Below, one piece after another: positions 10,039 to 20,750 of a stretch of DNA of 64,000 nucleotides. The stretch comes from Bryobacterales bacterium (GTDB taxonomy: Bacteria; Acidobacteriota; Terriglobia; Bryobacterales; UBA6623), in the NCBI GenBank assembly GCA_965216215.1, contig CBDCFO010000006.1, forward strand, positions 208,626-272,625, written 5' to 3'. How positions within the stretch are numbered: position 1 is the first letter of the stretch; each line of letters opens with the position of its first letter. Both the position numbers and the translations under genes were made by a program. The notes beneath the pieces are model-generated. The model saw nothing but the letters and a program-made list of their open reading frames with translations, was not told where the DNA came from and searched no databases.

Positions 10039-10272
10039 TGGAGTGGCTACGGAATGGTGGACTGGTAGGGGTGCGGTAGCGCTCTTTCTGGCACACCCCG
10101 CAGACCGACATTCGCAGTCCGAGATGAGGGGTGTCCGAATACCGCCTGCAGCAGCTCGCCTTGCTCCGCCGCCCTGACTTTTCCGACCTCCGCCGCCATC
10201 ATGGTGCCGCCCTCTTCGGAGTCGCTACCCTCTGCCGCACCCTCAACTGTCCACCACTTCGTAGCCACCCCA
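10039..10272. repeat. 234-bp MITE-like element bounded by ~50-nt terminal inverted repeats (TGGRGTGGCTACGRARTGGTGGAC...)
   Basis: The left arm at 10039.. reads TGGAGTGGCTACGGAATGGTGGACTGGTAGGGGTGCGG. The right arm at 10218..10272 is the reverse complement of TGGGGTGGCTACGAAGTGGTGGACAGTTGAGGGTGCGGCAGAGGGTAGCGACTCC. A third, solo copy lies at 39711..39765. Confidence 0.5.
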
Positions 10273-11330
10273 TATCTGCGGCGGACGACGGGGCTGTCGC
10301 GATCGCAGGTGACCAAGCTGGTGGGGCGCAGCCAGCGGGAGCAGCAACTGCGGGACCGGCGGCGGCCGGGGCGGCCGTTCGCCAGCAAGTACACGCGGGC
10401 GGACAGCGCGGCGCTGGCGGAGCTGGACGGAGAGCACGGGAGGCTGTCGGGGCCGGCTACGCGCAAGCTGTGCCAGCGGGCTTGGGAGGTGTACGGGGAC
10501 GGGCGCTACGAGCGCCTGGCGGGCATCTCCAACGGGCATGTCTACAACCTGCGCAAGACGGTCGCCTACCGGTGCCGGCTGGCCAGCGTGGAACCGACGC
10601 GCCCGCGGCAGGTGGCGATCGGGGAGCGGCGCAAGCCGCGCCCGGAGGGGCGTCCGGGCTTCGTGCGGGTGGACACGGTGCACCAGGGCGACCTCGACGG
10701 GGTCAAGGGGGTCTACCACATCAACGTGGTGGACGAGGTGACGCAGTACCAGGCGGTCGGCTCGGTGGAGACGATCAGCGAGCGGCACCTGCTGCCGGTG
10801 CTGGAGCAGCTGCTGGCGGCGTTCCCCTTTGCCATCCTGGGCTTTCACTCCGACAACGGCTCGGAGTATGTCAACCGCCGCGTGGCCAAGCTGCTGGAGA
10901 AGCTGCGGGCGGAGTTCACCAAGTCGCGGCCGCGGCGCAGCACCGACAACGCGCTGTGCGAGGGCAAGAACGGCTCGGTGGTACGCAAGCACCTGGGCTA
11001 CGGGCACATCCCGGGCGCTTCGCGGAGCCGTTGAACCGCTTCAACCGCGAGGTGCTGACGCCGTACCTGAACTACCACCGGCCGTGCCTGTTTGCCAGCG
11101 AGCGGGAGGATCCGCGGACGGGCCGGGTCCGCAAGCACTACCGGCACCGGGACGTGCGGACGCCGTACGAGCGGCTGCGGGATCTGCCGGGCGCCGAGCA
11201 GTACCTGCGGCCGGGCGTGGACTTTGCCCAGCTGGACGCACAGGAGCGGGCGCTGACGGACCTGGAGGCGGCACGACGGCTCAATGCGCAGCGCGACGCG
11301 CTCTTCCGGGAGCTGCGCGCCGCGGCCTGA
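10273..11330 (+). pseudogene. DDE (rve/integrase-core) transposase, N-terminally truncated and frameshifted
   Basis: Frame 1 (ORF 10201..11034) carries an HTH (TGLSRSQVTKLV) and the rve core (VDTVHQGDLDGVKGVYHINVVDEVTQ...GFHSDNGSEYVN...KSRPRRSTDNALCEGKNG). Homology continues in another frame from about 11010 (FAEPLNRFNREVLTPYLNYHRPC...TPYERL). The frameshift lies near 11005..11012. Confidence 0.8.
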
Positions 11331-11964
11331 GCCCGGGCTGTGGACCAACCGCGAAACGGGTGGGCGCCCGGCCGGGCGCCCACCCCGCGGGCCGCCTCCA
11401 GCACGCCCGGCCCGGCCTGCCCAGTGCCGGCACGGGGGCCCCAGATAGGATGCTGATGATCACACCCACCAACGGAATCTGGGGCTCCCGTTGGTCGCCC
11501 TTTCGCCCCCCTCAGTGGCGATCCCCGCCGCTTTCCACGGACACCCTATAATGCCCTAGTCTCTCTTCCCCTCCTGGAGCCTCGTCCAGGCTTCTATGTT
11601 GGTCAGGGTGCACCGTGGACCTAGTCTTTGACTACTCTGGACTGGGTTGCGAAGCCCGGCGTCCAGCTCCGTTGGATGGCCGGGGAGCCATCCGCACCCC
11701 CTGCGGCTTAGCGGGCGGCGGGTCGGACCGTTTCGGGCTGGATTCGAGGAATCGGAAATGAGCTTGGTCGGCCCGCCGCAACCATCCCCCCGAGGCCTGG
11801 ACGAAAGGTTGGGCGCGAGGCCCGGATTGACGAGAAGCCAAGGCCGGGGGATGACTCGTATTCACTGTACTGTCCAGCGACAATTAGAAATTCCGGGTAA
11901 CGACAATTAAAAGTTCCGGGTGAGCCTCGTAGTTGGCGGCTAGACTCGACCCTTCCCAGGGAGG

Positions 11965-13464
11965 GTGGAGGCGTTGATCAAAAACCAACAAGTGAGGCTA
12001 CTGATGAAGGAACTAAGAAGGAACAAGCCGCTGGCAACGGCGGCGGCGAAAGCGGGCATGAGCGAGCGCACGGCTCGCAAATGGCGCGATAGCGGGAAGC
12101 TTCCGAGCGACCCCAGTCCAGCGCGGCACTGGCGGACGCGGGAGGATCCGTTGGAAGCGCTGTGGCCAGAGGCGGAGGCCCTGCTGCGAGCGGACCCGGG
12201 GCTGCAGGCGAAGGTGGTGTTCGAGGAGCTGCAGCGGCGCCATCCGGGGCAATTGCAGTCCGGGCAGTTGCGGACGTTGCAGCGGCGATTCCGGGCCTGG
12301 CGCGTGCGGCAGGGTCCGGACCGGGAAGTCTATTTCGAGCAGGAGCGGGAGCCGGGGGCGCAGTGCCAGTCGGACTTCACCGACATGGGCGCGCTGGGGG
12401 TGACGATCCGGGGCGAGCGGTACAAGCACCTGGTATACCGTTTCGTGCTGCCGTACTCGAACTGGGAGAGCGTGGCGATCGCGAGCTCGGAAACGTTCGA
12501 GGCGCTGGTCGGCGGACTGCAGGAGAGCCTGTGGGAGCTGGGCGGGGTGCCGCGGGAGCACCGGACCGATAATCTGTCGGCGGCGACGCACGAGTTGCGC
12601 CAGTCCGGCGGGCGGGCGTTCAACCGGGCGTACGAGGAGTTCCTGGCGCATTACGGGCTGGCGGCGAGCCGGAACTATCCGGGCAACGCGCACGAGAACG
12701 GGGACGTGGAAGCGGCGCACGGGCATTTCAAGACCGCGGTGGACCAGCGGCTGCGCCTGAGCGGGACACGCGATTTCAGTTCCGTGGAGCGCTACGCGCG
12801 GTTGCTGGACGAGATCGCCGGGCAGCGCAACAGCCGGCGCGGGGAGCGGCTGGCGGCGGAGCAGGCGGCGTTGCGGCCGCTGCCGCCGCGGCGGCTGCCG
12901 GTGTACCGGGAAGAGCGGCGCACGGTGACGCGCGGGAGCGTGGTGCGGGTGGCGAGCAAGGCGTACTCGGTGCCGTCGCGGCTGATCGGGGAGCAGCTGA
13001 CGGCGCGGCTGTACACCGATCGCGTCGAATTGCACTACGGCGGGAAACTGGTGGCGCGCCACGACCGGGCGCTGGGCAAGCAGCCGGGCCGGGTGGACTA
13101 CCGGCACGTGGCGCACGCGCTGTTGCGCAAGCCGGGGGCCTTCGCGCAATACCGCTACCGCGAGGAGATGTTTCCGTCAGAGGCCTTCCGGCGGGCCTAT
13201 GACAAGCTCTGCGAGGGGCGCTCGCAGGGGCACGCGGATCTCGAGTACGTGCGCATCCTGCACTTGGCGGCGACGACGCTGGAGACCCGTGTGGAGGCGG
13301 CCCTGCAGGGCTGCCTGGAGGCTGGCGAGCGGCCGTCGTTCGAGCGCGTCCGGGCGGCCGCGGCACCGCCGCGGCCGGAGGCGGAGGTGCCGGAGGTGCG
13401 CATCGCGGAACCAGACCTGGACGTCTACGACGAGTTGCTGGCGGACACGCGGGGGCTGTCGTGA
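11965..13464 (+). CDS. istA: IS21-family transposase IstA
   Basis: 499 aa with an N-terminal HTH (AAKAGMSERTARKWR) and a DDE core (QCQSDFTDMG...VLPYSNWE...HRTDNLSAA...NAHENGDVE). Its stop overlaps the istB start (13461..13464). Confidence 0.9.
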   Translation: MEALIKNQQVRLLMKELRRNKPLATAAAKAGMSERTARKWRDSGKLPSDPSPARHWRTREDPLEALWPEAEALLRADPGLQAKVVFEELQRRHPGQLQSGQLRTLQRRFRAWRVRQGPDREVYFEQEREPGAQCQSDFTDMGALGVTIRGERYKHLVYRFVLPYSNWESVAIASSETFEALVGGLQESLWELGGVPREHRTDNLSAATHELRQSGGRAFNRAYEEFLAHYGLAASRNYPGNAHENGDVEAAHGHFKTAVDQRLRLSGTRDFSSVERYARLLDEIAGQRNSRRGERLAAEQAALRPLPPRRLPVYREERRTVTRGSVVRVASKAYSVPSRLIGEQLTARLYTDRVELHYGGKLVARHDRALGKQPGRVDYRHVAHALLRKPGAFAQYRYREEMFPSEAFRRAYDKLCEGRSQGHADLEYVRILHLAATTLETRVEAALQGCLEAGERPSFERVRAAAAPPRPEAEVPEVRIAEPDLDVYDELLADTRGLS

Positions 13465-14231
13465 AGGGGCCGGAGCTGGCAGCGCTGCCAGGACGCCTGA
13501 AGGAGTTGCGCCTGCCGTCGTTCGCGGCGCATTGCGAACGGCTGGCGGAACAGGCCCGCAAGCAGGCCTGGGACCCGTTGCGCTACCTGGCGGAACTGGC
13601 CGCGGTCGAGACGGTCGAGCGGGCCGACCGGCGCGTGGCGCGACTGGCCAAGGAAGCCCGGCTGCCGCGGGGCAAGACGCTGGAAACGCTGGACTTGCTG
13701 CGTCTTCCCAAAGGCGTGAGGGGCCGCCTGCCAGTGCTGTGCGAGGGGGATTTCCTGGCCGACGCCGTCAATGTGTGTGTCTTCGGCAATCCGGGCGCGG
13801 GCAAGACCCATCTGATGGCGGCGCTGGGTGCCGAACTGGTGCAGCGTGGCCACTCGACGCTGTTCGCCCCGGCGCGCGCGCTGACCGAGCGCCTGGCCGG
13901 GGCCAAGCGCGAACTACGGCTGAGCCGCGAGCTCGACCGCCTCGACCGCTTCGAGTGCCTGCTGCTCGACGACATCGGCTACGTCCGGCAGGACCGTGCC
14001 GAGATGGAAGTGCTCTTCGAACTGCTGGCGCAACGCTACGAGCGCCGCAGCGTGATGCTGACGAGCAATCTGGTCTTCTCGCAATGGCAGCGCATTTTCC
14101 CTGACAAGATGACCGCGGCGGCGGCGGTCGACCGGGTGGTGCACCACTCGGTGATTCTGGAACTCGATATTGCCAGCTACCGGGCCGAGCAAGCGCGCCG
14201 GCGCCAGGGCGAGGCAAGCGAGAAGAGGTAG
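13461..14231 (+). CDS. istB: IS21 helper ATPase IstB
   Basis: 256 aa with Walker A GNPGAGKTHL, Walker B LLLDDIGY, and the typical IstB C-terminus (RRSVMLTSNLVFSQW...DRVVHHS). Confidence 0.9.
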   Translation: MKGPELAALPGRLKELRLPSFAAHCERLAEQARKQAWDPLRYLAELAAVETVERADRRVARLAKEARLPRGKTLETLDLLRLPKGVRGRLPVLCEGDFLADAVNVCVFGNPGAGKTHLMAALGAELVQRGHSTLFAPARALTERLAGAKRELRLSRELDRLDRFECLLLDDIGYVRQDRAEMEVLFELLAQRYERRSVMLTSNLVFSQWQRIFPDKMTAAAAVDRVVHHSVILELDIASYRAEQARRRQGEASEKR

Positions 14232-14552
14232 CCGTGCAGCGCTTCCAGCAATGCCTCCAGCCGGGGCGGTTCCACAGCGCGCGCGCTTTCCCCGCTATGG
14301 CGGTCACACGATCGCCAAAAAAGCAGCCGACCAACGGCGCCGAATTCCGGGCCAGGGGGCTCGCCCCCTGGCCCCTCTCGCACTGCCGACTGCCTTGCTC
14401 TCCCAGAGAGGGGGAGGCTGCGCTTCCCCCTGCTACCCCCTCCCTCTGCTACTATCCGAGGGCTGCATTGGTCGCCCTTCGGGCTCCCTCTGCCGCCCTC
14501 CAACTTACGGAGCACAACCGGCAATTCTAGTTGTCGCCACCGGCAAGAATAG

Positions 14553-15572
<1,020 letters not shown>

Positions 15573-15739
15573 ATACTGGATCGCTCCCGACCGGCCCTCC
15601 GCCCAGCGGCCCGAGGCGTAACCGAAGACCGAACATCCGAGCCGTACAGAACACGCAAGCTAGATTCTTTCTGGCAATCCCCGAAATATCCCTTGACATC
15701 GAACACGAAAGCTCATCTCTGGTTTGGAAAACACTCGAA

Positions 15740-15768
15740 CTGTTCCCCGCACACGCGGGGATGAACCC
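15740..15768 (+). CRISPR. Orphan type I-E CRISPR repeat (single copy)
   Basis: CTGTTCCCCGCACACGCGGGGATGAACCC matches the 62051.. array repeat at 28 of 29 positions. It lies 27 nt downstream of the IS110 copy-1 right end. Confidence 0.6.
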
Positions 15769-15789
15769 TCCCGCGACCTGCAGGCGCTG

Positions 15790-16337
15790 GCGGGGCTGGC
15801 GTCGCTCCGGACGGTCGCGGCAGAGTTCGATGCAGGCGTCACTTGATCGTCGGGAAGGGCCGTTCCTCTCCGCGAACGCGCCGCGGCAGGGGCGTGGGTC
15901 TTCCCGGCGCGGCGACCGAAGAATAGCCTGTCGGGACGCAGAAACCGGCCATTCTCGAGTTCCTGACAAATCCTCGGGGCTTCCCAAACCAGCTGAAACG
16001 CTAAATCGGGCGTTTTCGGTCGGGTCCACGCACCGGGAAAGCTCATAGACGGGTTTTGGAGCCTGCGGCGGTCCTCCGGGGCGCCCGAAACCGTCTGTGA
16101 GGATGTCTCCCGAAAAGTGCCCTTTGCGCGGTGGTGGAGGGGTAGTCCCAGTGGGCCAGGTCCGCGGGCGCGGCCCACCGCTCCTCGCAGGTGCACCGTA
16201 GGCCATCGTGCTTCCGGACAGTCTTGATCCACAAGCGCCGTTCGGAGACCAAGCGCCTCCGCAGCCACGGCGAGGTTGATAGCGAGCGTGGTCTTCCCCG
16301 TGCCGCCCTTCTGCGCGATCAACGTCACTGTATACAT
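15790..16337 (-). pseudogene. parA: ParA/MinD-family partition ATPase, heavily decayed
   Basis: The N-terminus MYTVTLIAQKGGTGKTTLAINLAVAAEALGLRTALVDQD is a deviant Walker A. Beyond about residue 40 the frame loses ParA similarity, and only scattered ParA-like pieces (e.g. AFAE) appear in other frames. Confidence 0.5.
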
Positions 16338-16452
16338 ATTGACTACCCTATGTTTCGAGCAGTTAGTTGTCGAGCACTCGAGGGTTCGATTCCTATCGAG
16401 GCCGAGCGAAAGCCGAGGGTCCTATTTCTCCGGCGGCGATTCTTCCCGGCAC

Positions 16453-16761
16453 TCACTCGTCAGCCACCTCTAACCCGTCCCACGCAGAGAGCGCCTTCTC
16501 AAGATCCTCCGGCAGCCGGAGCGCCGTTGCCTGGAGAATCGTCTCGATCGCCTCGTCGGGATCCAGGCCGTCAAGCCAGTCAGGGGGCGCTCCCAGCGCC
16601 TGTCCGATCGGCCCGAGAAGGACGTTCCGCTTCCGGCGGGATCCGTAGTTGTGGACTATCAGGCCGACTGGATGGCCTCGAAGGCCGGGCCGGCGAGGTT
16701 CCGGCGATGTCAACGCCCAGCAGCCTCGATGGAGCTCTCGATCCGTTTTGATGATAGACAT
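16453..16761 (-). CDS. Hypothetical protein (102 aa), upstream of parA remnant
   Basis: The call rests on the ORF alone. I recognise no family. The acidic C-terminus reads DPDEAIETILQATALRLPEDLEKALSAWDGLEVADE. Confidence 0.3.
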   Translation of the reverse strand: MSIIKTDRELHRGCWALTSPEPRRPGLRGHPVGLIVHNYGSRRKRNVLLGPIGQALGAPPDWLDGLDPDEAIETILQATALRLPEDLEKALSAWDGLEVADE

Positions 16762-16778
16762 AGAGAGTCAGGCGAGTC

Positions 16779-17423
16779 ATGCGTAGATCCTCCCATTCCA
16801 ACGAATGGGTAAGTTCAGAGCACGCCTTGCAATACCTGGCCCGTGCGGACAGCGTCCCGCATCGCGGGGAGGGTGAAGCCGTCCTGCTCGAATTCGTCCC
16901 GATGGATGTCGAGCGAATTCTTGACCTGGGAACCGGAGACGGTCGCCTCCTGGCCTTGCTGCGCACTGAGCGGCCGAACGCGGAGGGCGTCGGGCTCGAC
17001 GTTTCTCCAGCCATGCTGCGTGCCGCACGAGAGCGGTTTCGCGACGACGGGAAGGTTCAGGTGCTCCAGCACGACCTGGAAGAGCCCCTGCCGGATCTGG
17101 GCCGGTTCGACGCGATCGTGTCGAGCTTTGCCATCCATCACGTCTCCGACATGCGCAAGAAAGCGCTCTATTCCGAGATCCATGCTGCCTTGTGCCCCGG
17201 TGGCGTCTTCTGCAATCTCGAGCATGTTGCATCCGTATCCGCCTCACTCCACCGGCGTTTTCTGGAGGCACTTGGAACAGCGGAGGAAGAGGAAGACCCT
17301 TCCAATCAGCTCGCTAGTGCGGAAGTCCAGTTGCACTGGCTGCAAGAGACAGGGTTCCGGGAGGTGGACTGTCACTGGAAATGGCTGGAGTTGGCGCTTC
17401 TGGCCGGGGTGAAGAAGTCATGA
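16779..17423 (+). CDS. Class I SAM-dependent methyltransferase
   Basis: 214 aa with motif I ILDLGTGDGRLL, motif post-I GVGLDVSPAML, and FDAIVSSFAIHHV plus LCPGGVF, typical of the Methyltransf_11/25 fold. Confidence 0.85.
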   Translation: MRRSSHSNEWVSSEHALQYLARADSVPHRGEGEAVLLEFVPMDVERILDLGTGDGRLLALLRTERPNAEGVGLDVSPAMLRAARERFRDDGKVQVLQHDLEEPLPDLGRFDAIVSSFAIHHVSDMRKKALYSEIHAALCPGGVFCNLEHVASVSASLHRRFLEALGTAEEEEDPSNQLASAEVQLHWLQETGFREVDCHWKWLELALLAGVKKS

Positions 17424-17677
17424 CCACTGCATAGGGGCTGTCAATGCATGGTTCGCCTGCGCTGCCCACAATATGTAGGCCCAGTGGACGAGTTTGAGAT
17501 AGCCTTGCGAGACACCTAAAGCGGTCCTCACGGCAGTTTCTTAGGAGTGCTTCGGCACCGCCTCGATTGAGACACGCCCAACTTCGAGATCCCGGCACCG
17601 ATCTGTCATCCTTATTTCATTGCGCTCTGATGGTCGATAGCTGTCGTCCACGGATCCAGCGCAAAAAAGGGGGGGCA

Positions 17678-17890
17678 ATGAGCATCCGAGTAGACATCCA
17701 AATGGATCAGGGAAGCGAATCGTTAGGGTACCTCGCAACGGCCACCGTGGAAGGAAACCGCCTACACGAAGTCGCGGTTTACGGCGGACCGGAAGCTCGC
17801 GACGAGGCGTTCAGGGAGATGGTGGCGTGGCTCAAGAAGCGAAGATACCGAGAGCCAGACCACTACTGGGTGAAGGTCTTCCCTCAGTGA
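17678..17890 (+). CDS. Hypothetical small protein (70 aa)
   Basis: The ATG at 17678 is preceded by a purine-rich AAAAAAGGGGGGG. The product begins MSIRVDIQMDQGSESLGYLATATVEGNRLHEVAVYGG. I recognise no family. Confidence 0.35.
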   Translation: MSIRVDIQMDQGSESLGYLATATVEGNRLHEVAVYGGPEARDEAFREMVAWLKKRRYREPDHYWVKVFPQ

Positions 17891-18321
17891 ACCCGGGCCT
17901 GGAAGGGGCGCTTGAAGGGGCCTTGAATATAGCTGTGGGACATGTTCCCCCTTCGGGTGCTGTTTCTCTCCACTCCAACCCGATACCAGGAACTGAGCGA
18001 CTGGGGTCCATTCAGTTTCCTCCAGGAGTTGGAGGGGCTGCGCCAAGCAAGCCTTCCGATGACGGGACTGGACCGGTGGGACTAGGCTGATTGGCGCAAT
18101 GACGGTGATGGACAATGATCCAGACCCGCTCTCCTGCGGAAGGGCCCCGCCGCGACGGCGATGAGTGCAATCGTATGCATGGCATCGGCATCGTTGCGAG
18201 CCAATCCGGGATCGGCGCTCCTGGTAAGGGGCGTGGGCACTGCCAAGGCCCCACGCAGCCACGCTGTCTGGTGTCCACCTTTCAACAGCCGGTTCCAGAC
18301 GTAAACTGGGTTCTTATCGCG

Positions 18322-18827
18322 ATGGTGATCGGTTACGCACGGGTGTCCCGGGTCGACCAGCACCTGGAGTTCCAGCTCGACGCCCTCCGCAGGGCGGGCT
18401 GCGAGCGGATCTACACCGACAAGGCGACCGGGGAGTCCGGTACGCGCTACCACCTGCGCCGGGCCCTCGACGTCCTGCGCGAGGGCGAAGTGCTCGTCGT
18501 CTGGGCGCTGGAGCGGCTCGCCCGCAACCTGAGCCGCCTGATCCGGGTCGGCAAGGACCTCTCCGACCGGGGCGTCAAGCTGCGCTCGCTCAAGAAGGAC
18601 ATCGACACCAGGACAGCGGCGCGCGCTGGGGCAAGGCGTCGGTGTTTCACGACCCGCAAGAGATCGCCTTGGCCAAGTCCCTGCTGCGGGAGGGCCAGCT
18701 GACCATGCGAGCGGTGGCCCGGCAGGTGGGGGTCCCCCACGGGACCTTCTACAAGTGGTTCCCGAGCGGGAATCCGGACGCCTTTCGCAACCCGAACATG
18801 ACGGGCCCGGGGAAGCCGCCCGCGTGA
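18322..18827 (+). pseudogene. Serine recombinase (resolvase/invertase) with internal deletion and frameshift
   Basis: The N-terminal catalytic domain MVIGYARVSRVDQHLEFQLDALRRAGCERIYTDKATG...LVVWALERLARN is intact up to DIDTRTAA. The dimerisation helix is missing. The HTH (TMRAVARQVGVPHGTFYKW) resumes in another frame (ORF 18642..18827). Confidence 0.7.
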
Positions 18828-19147
18828 CGTTGCGCGAGGCAGCCGCGGCCTACCAGCGGGACCAGACGGCGCGCAACCTGGCCAAGGGCACGCGGGCAGG
18901 TTACCGTTCGCTGCTGCTGCGTCTCGTCGAGTTCGCAGAGTCGGAGGGAGTGGAAACCATCTCCGACATCGACGCACCGCTGCTGCGCCGCTGGCGCGAG
19001 TCCTGGGAATGGAAGCCGAGCAGCCAGCGGCAGCACCTGGTGATGCTCAAGGCGTTCTTCTCCTACGCCGCCCACGAGGGCTGGGTGAACAAGTCCCCCG
19101 CGGCGGGGTTGGCACCGCCCGACTTCCGGATTCCTCATCCATCGTGA
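18824..19147 (+). pseudogene. Tyrosine recombinase (phage integrase) N-terminal SAM-like domain only
   Basis: A GTG at 18824 overlaps the resolvase stop (GTGA). The sequence AAYQRDQTARNLAKGTRAGYRSLLLRLVEFAE...LLRRWRESW...RQHLVMLKAFFSYAAHEGWV is the core-binding domain. The catalytic domain is absent. Confidence 0.5.
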
Positions 19148-19380
19148 ACGCGGAAAAGGACACTCGTGCCCATGGCCGAACACCACGATTCCACAACTTC
19201 AGTTGAGGGGTATCTGGCGTTTCTGTGTGCCAACGCAGGCGGTGGCCTCGAGACGATCACGGACCAAGACATTGGCGCAGCAGTTCTCGAACCGAACTTC
19301 AGGTCTCAGTTGGTCGCGGTTCGCAGTGTCCACGTGCGCGAACGCCCGACAGGCCGCTCGGGCCGCCGTCGGCTTGGTCG

Positions 19381-20267
19381 TCACGTCTCGCGGTCGCCGT
19401 CGACCGGGCGGTCTTCCTCGTGTGATCCGAGCACGAAGGCACGGTTGAGGGAATAACTGACGGGAACCGACATGCCCTCGCCACCTGGGGCGGCGATCCT
19501 GTTCCCGAAGTTCTGCGCGCGCTGAATGGAGGCTTCCTCCCTGTCGAAGTATGTCCGTTCCATGGCCTCTCGGTCCCGGCGTTCATCCTCCGTCTCACCC
19601 TCGACGCGGAAGAACATTGGGCAGGACATTCGATCCGCGGCGGCCAGGCGTTCTCCGACCCATTGCAGGAGAAGGGCGTGCGGGTCTGCGCCCGCCGACT
19701 TTCCCTGCCGCTCCCGCGCCATGATCGACTCTGCTTTCACCCAGGTTCTGGCGCTCTCCGGATTTCGGTCGTGGGCAGCCAGCACCGCGTCCTTGAGGGA
19801 ACCGTGCCGGTATCGGATCCCCCACCGCGACCCCTCTGACAAGAGGCCGACGAGGAACCCCGCCATGAGGGAGTAGCGGACGGCGTCACCCTCTTGCCGC
19901 GCCCTGCGCGCCTCTTGCAAGACGGCACGCATCTGCAAGAACCCGGCGTCCCAGTCGAGACCGCCCTTGCCGGCGGGCGGTCCGACCTCAGCCTGTCTAC
20001 AACCGTCCGCCGGATCCGGCCAACTTGGCCCAGGTCCCGCTTCTCGGCGGCATTGGAGATGTCATCGACGAGGGCCTTCGACTTGATCCCCGGCAGGTGC
20101 CCGGAAAACGCGAGTCCACCCGCCACCCCGAGGTGGAACATCCCCGACCGCTGAGTGTCGTGCACATCCGGACCCCCGGCAGGAGGCCGTTCCAGCCAAG
20201 AGAGAGCTTCCTCCAGCGCTTGCAGGACCATCCCGTATACGGATCGCGGTCGCTCCTCACGGTCCAT
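19381..20267 (-). pseudogene. Hypothetical ~295-aa protein, frameshifted (two ORFs 19737..20267 and 19381..19938)
   Basis: The N-terminal part is MDREERPRSVYGMVLQALEEALSWL...SNAAEKRDLGQVGRIRRTVVDRL. The continuation MQMRAVLQEARRARQEGDAVRYSLMAGFLVGLL...FFRVEGETEDERRDREAMERTYF lies in a different frame, with the switch near 19940. I recognise no family. Confidence 0.4.
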
Positions 20268-20630
20268 CCGGAGACTCCTCCGCCGCCCTTACGCCGGGGC
20301 CAAGGCGATCACTCGCAGCGGGCCTTCACGCGGGTCGACGATCTTGAGGGGGGGCGATGTGTCACAGGGCCCGTCCCGGACAGTTCGTCGAGGTTGCACA
20401 AGCTCACGAGTCCGAAGTTCCCCTTTCCGTACCGTTCCATCTCCGGCAGGCGCAACCCGCCCCGTTCCATCACCCCCACCAGTTCTTCACCCATGGCGCA
20501 CAATCCGGCTGCGGAAGGATGTAGTCATCGGCTTCATCCAAGGACTTTGCATGCGTCGCATTGCACAGCCTTACAAATATGCGCGATTTCATCCTCCCCC
20601 CTCTAGCCGCGTTCCACAGCGTCCTGTTCG

Positions 20631-20735
20631 CTGTTCCCGCACATGCGGGGATGAACCTTGCTGATTGATTGGCGGCTCGGTGCCGACTGGACTGCTCCCG
20701 CACACCCGGGATGGATGATCTGTTCCCCGCACACG
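20631..20735 (+). CRISPR. Degenerate type I-E CRISPR remnant (2.5 repeats, 1 spacer)
   Basis: Repeat a is at 20631..20658 (CTGTTCCCGCACATGCGGGGATGAACCT, with a 1-nt deletion). A spacer of about 33 nt follows. Repeat b is at 20692..20720 (CTGCTCCCGCACACCCGGGATGGATGATC). It is followed directly by the partial repeat CTGTTCCCCGCACACG (20720..20735). Orientation matches the 62-kb array. Confidence 0.6.
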
Positions 20736-20750
20736 AGGCTGGGTCAAGAG

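Noticed and set aside
10131-11330. A 399-aa ORF read as a single protein.
   Set aside because: Its first ~290 residues are Ala/Gly/Arg low-complexity sequence, an alternative frame of the rve transposase. Only the last ~100 aa (FAEPLNRFNREVLTPYLNYHRPC...) are genuine, as the post-frameshift C-terminus of the transposase.
11358-11385. A strong 12-bp stem hairpin (GGGTGGGCGCCC-GGCC-GGGCGCCCACCC) after the rve transposase, considered as a terminator.
   Set aside because: No U-tract follows, because the downstream sequence is GC-rich. It may be a structural feature of the IS end rather than an intrinsic terminator, so I left it unannotated.
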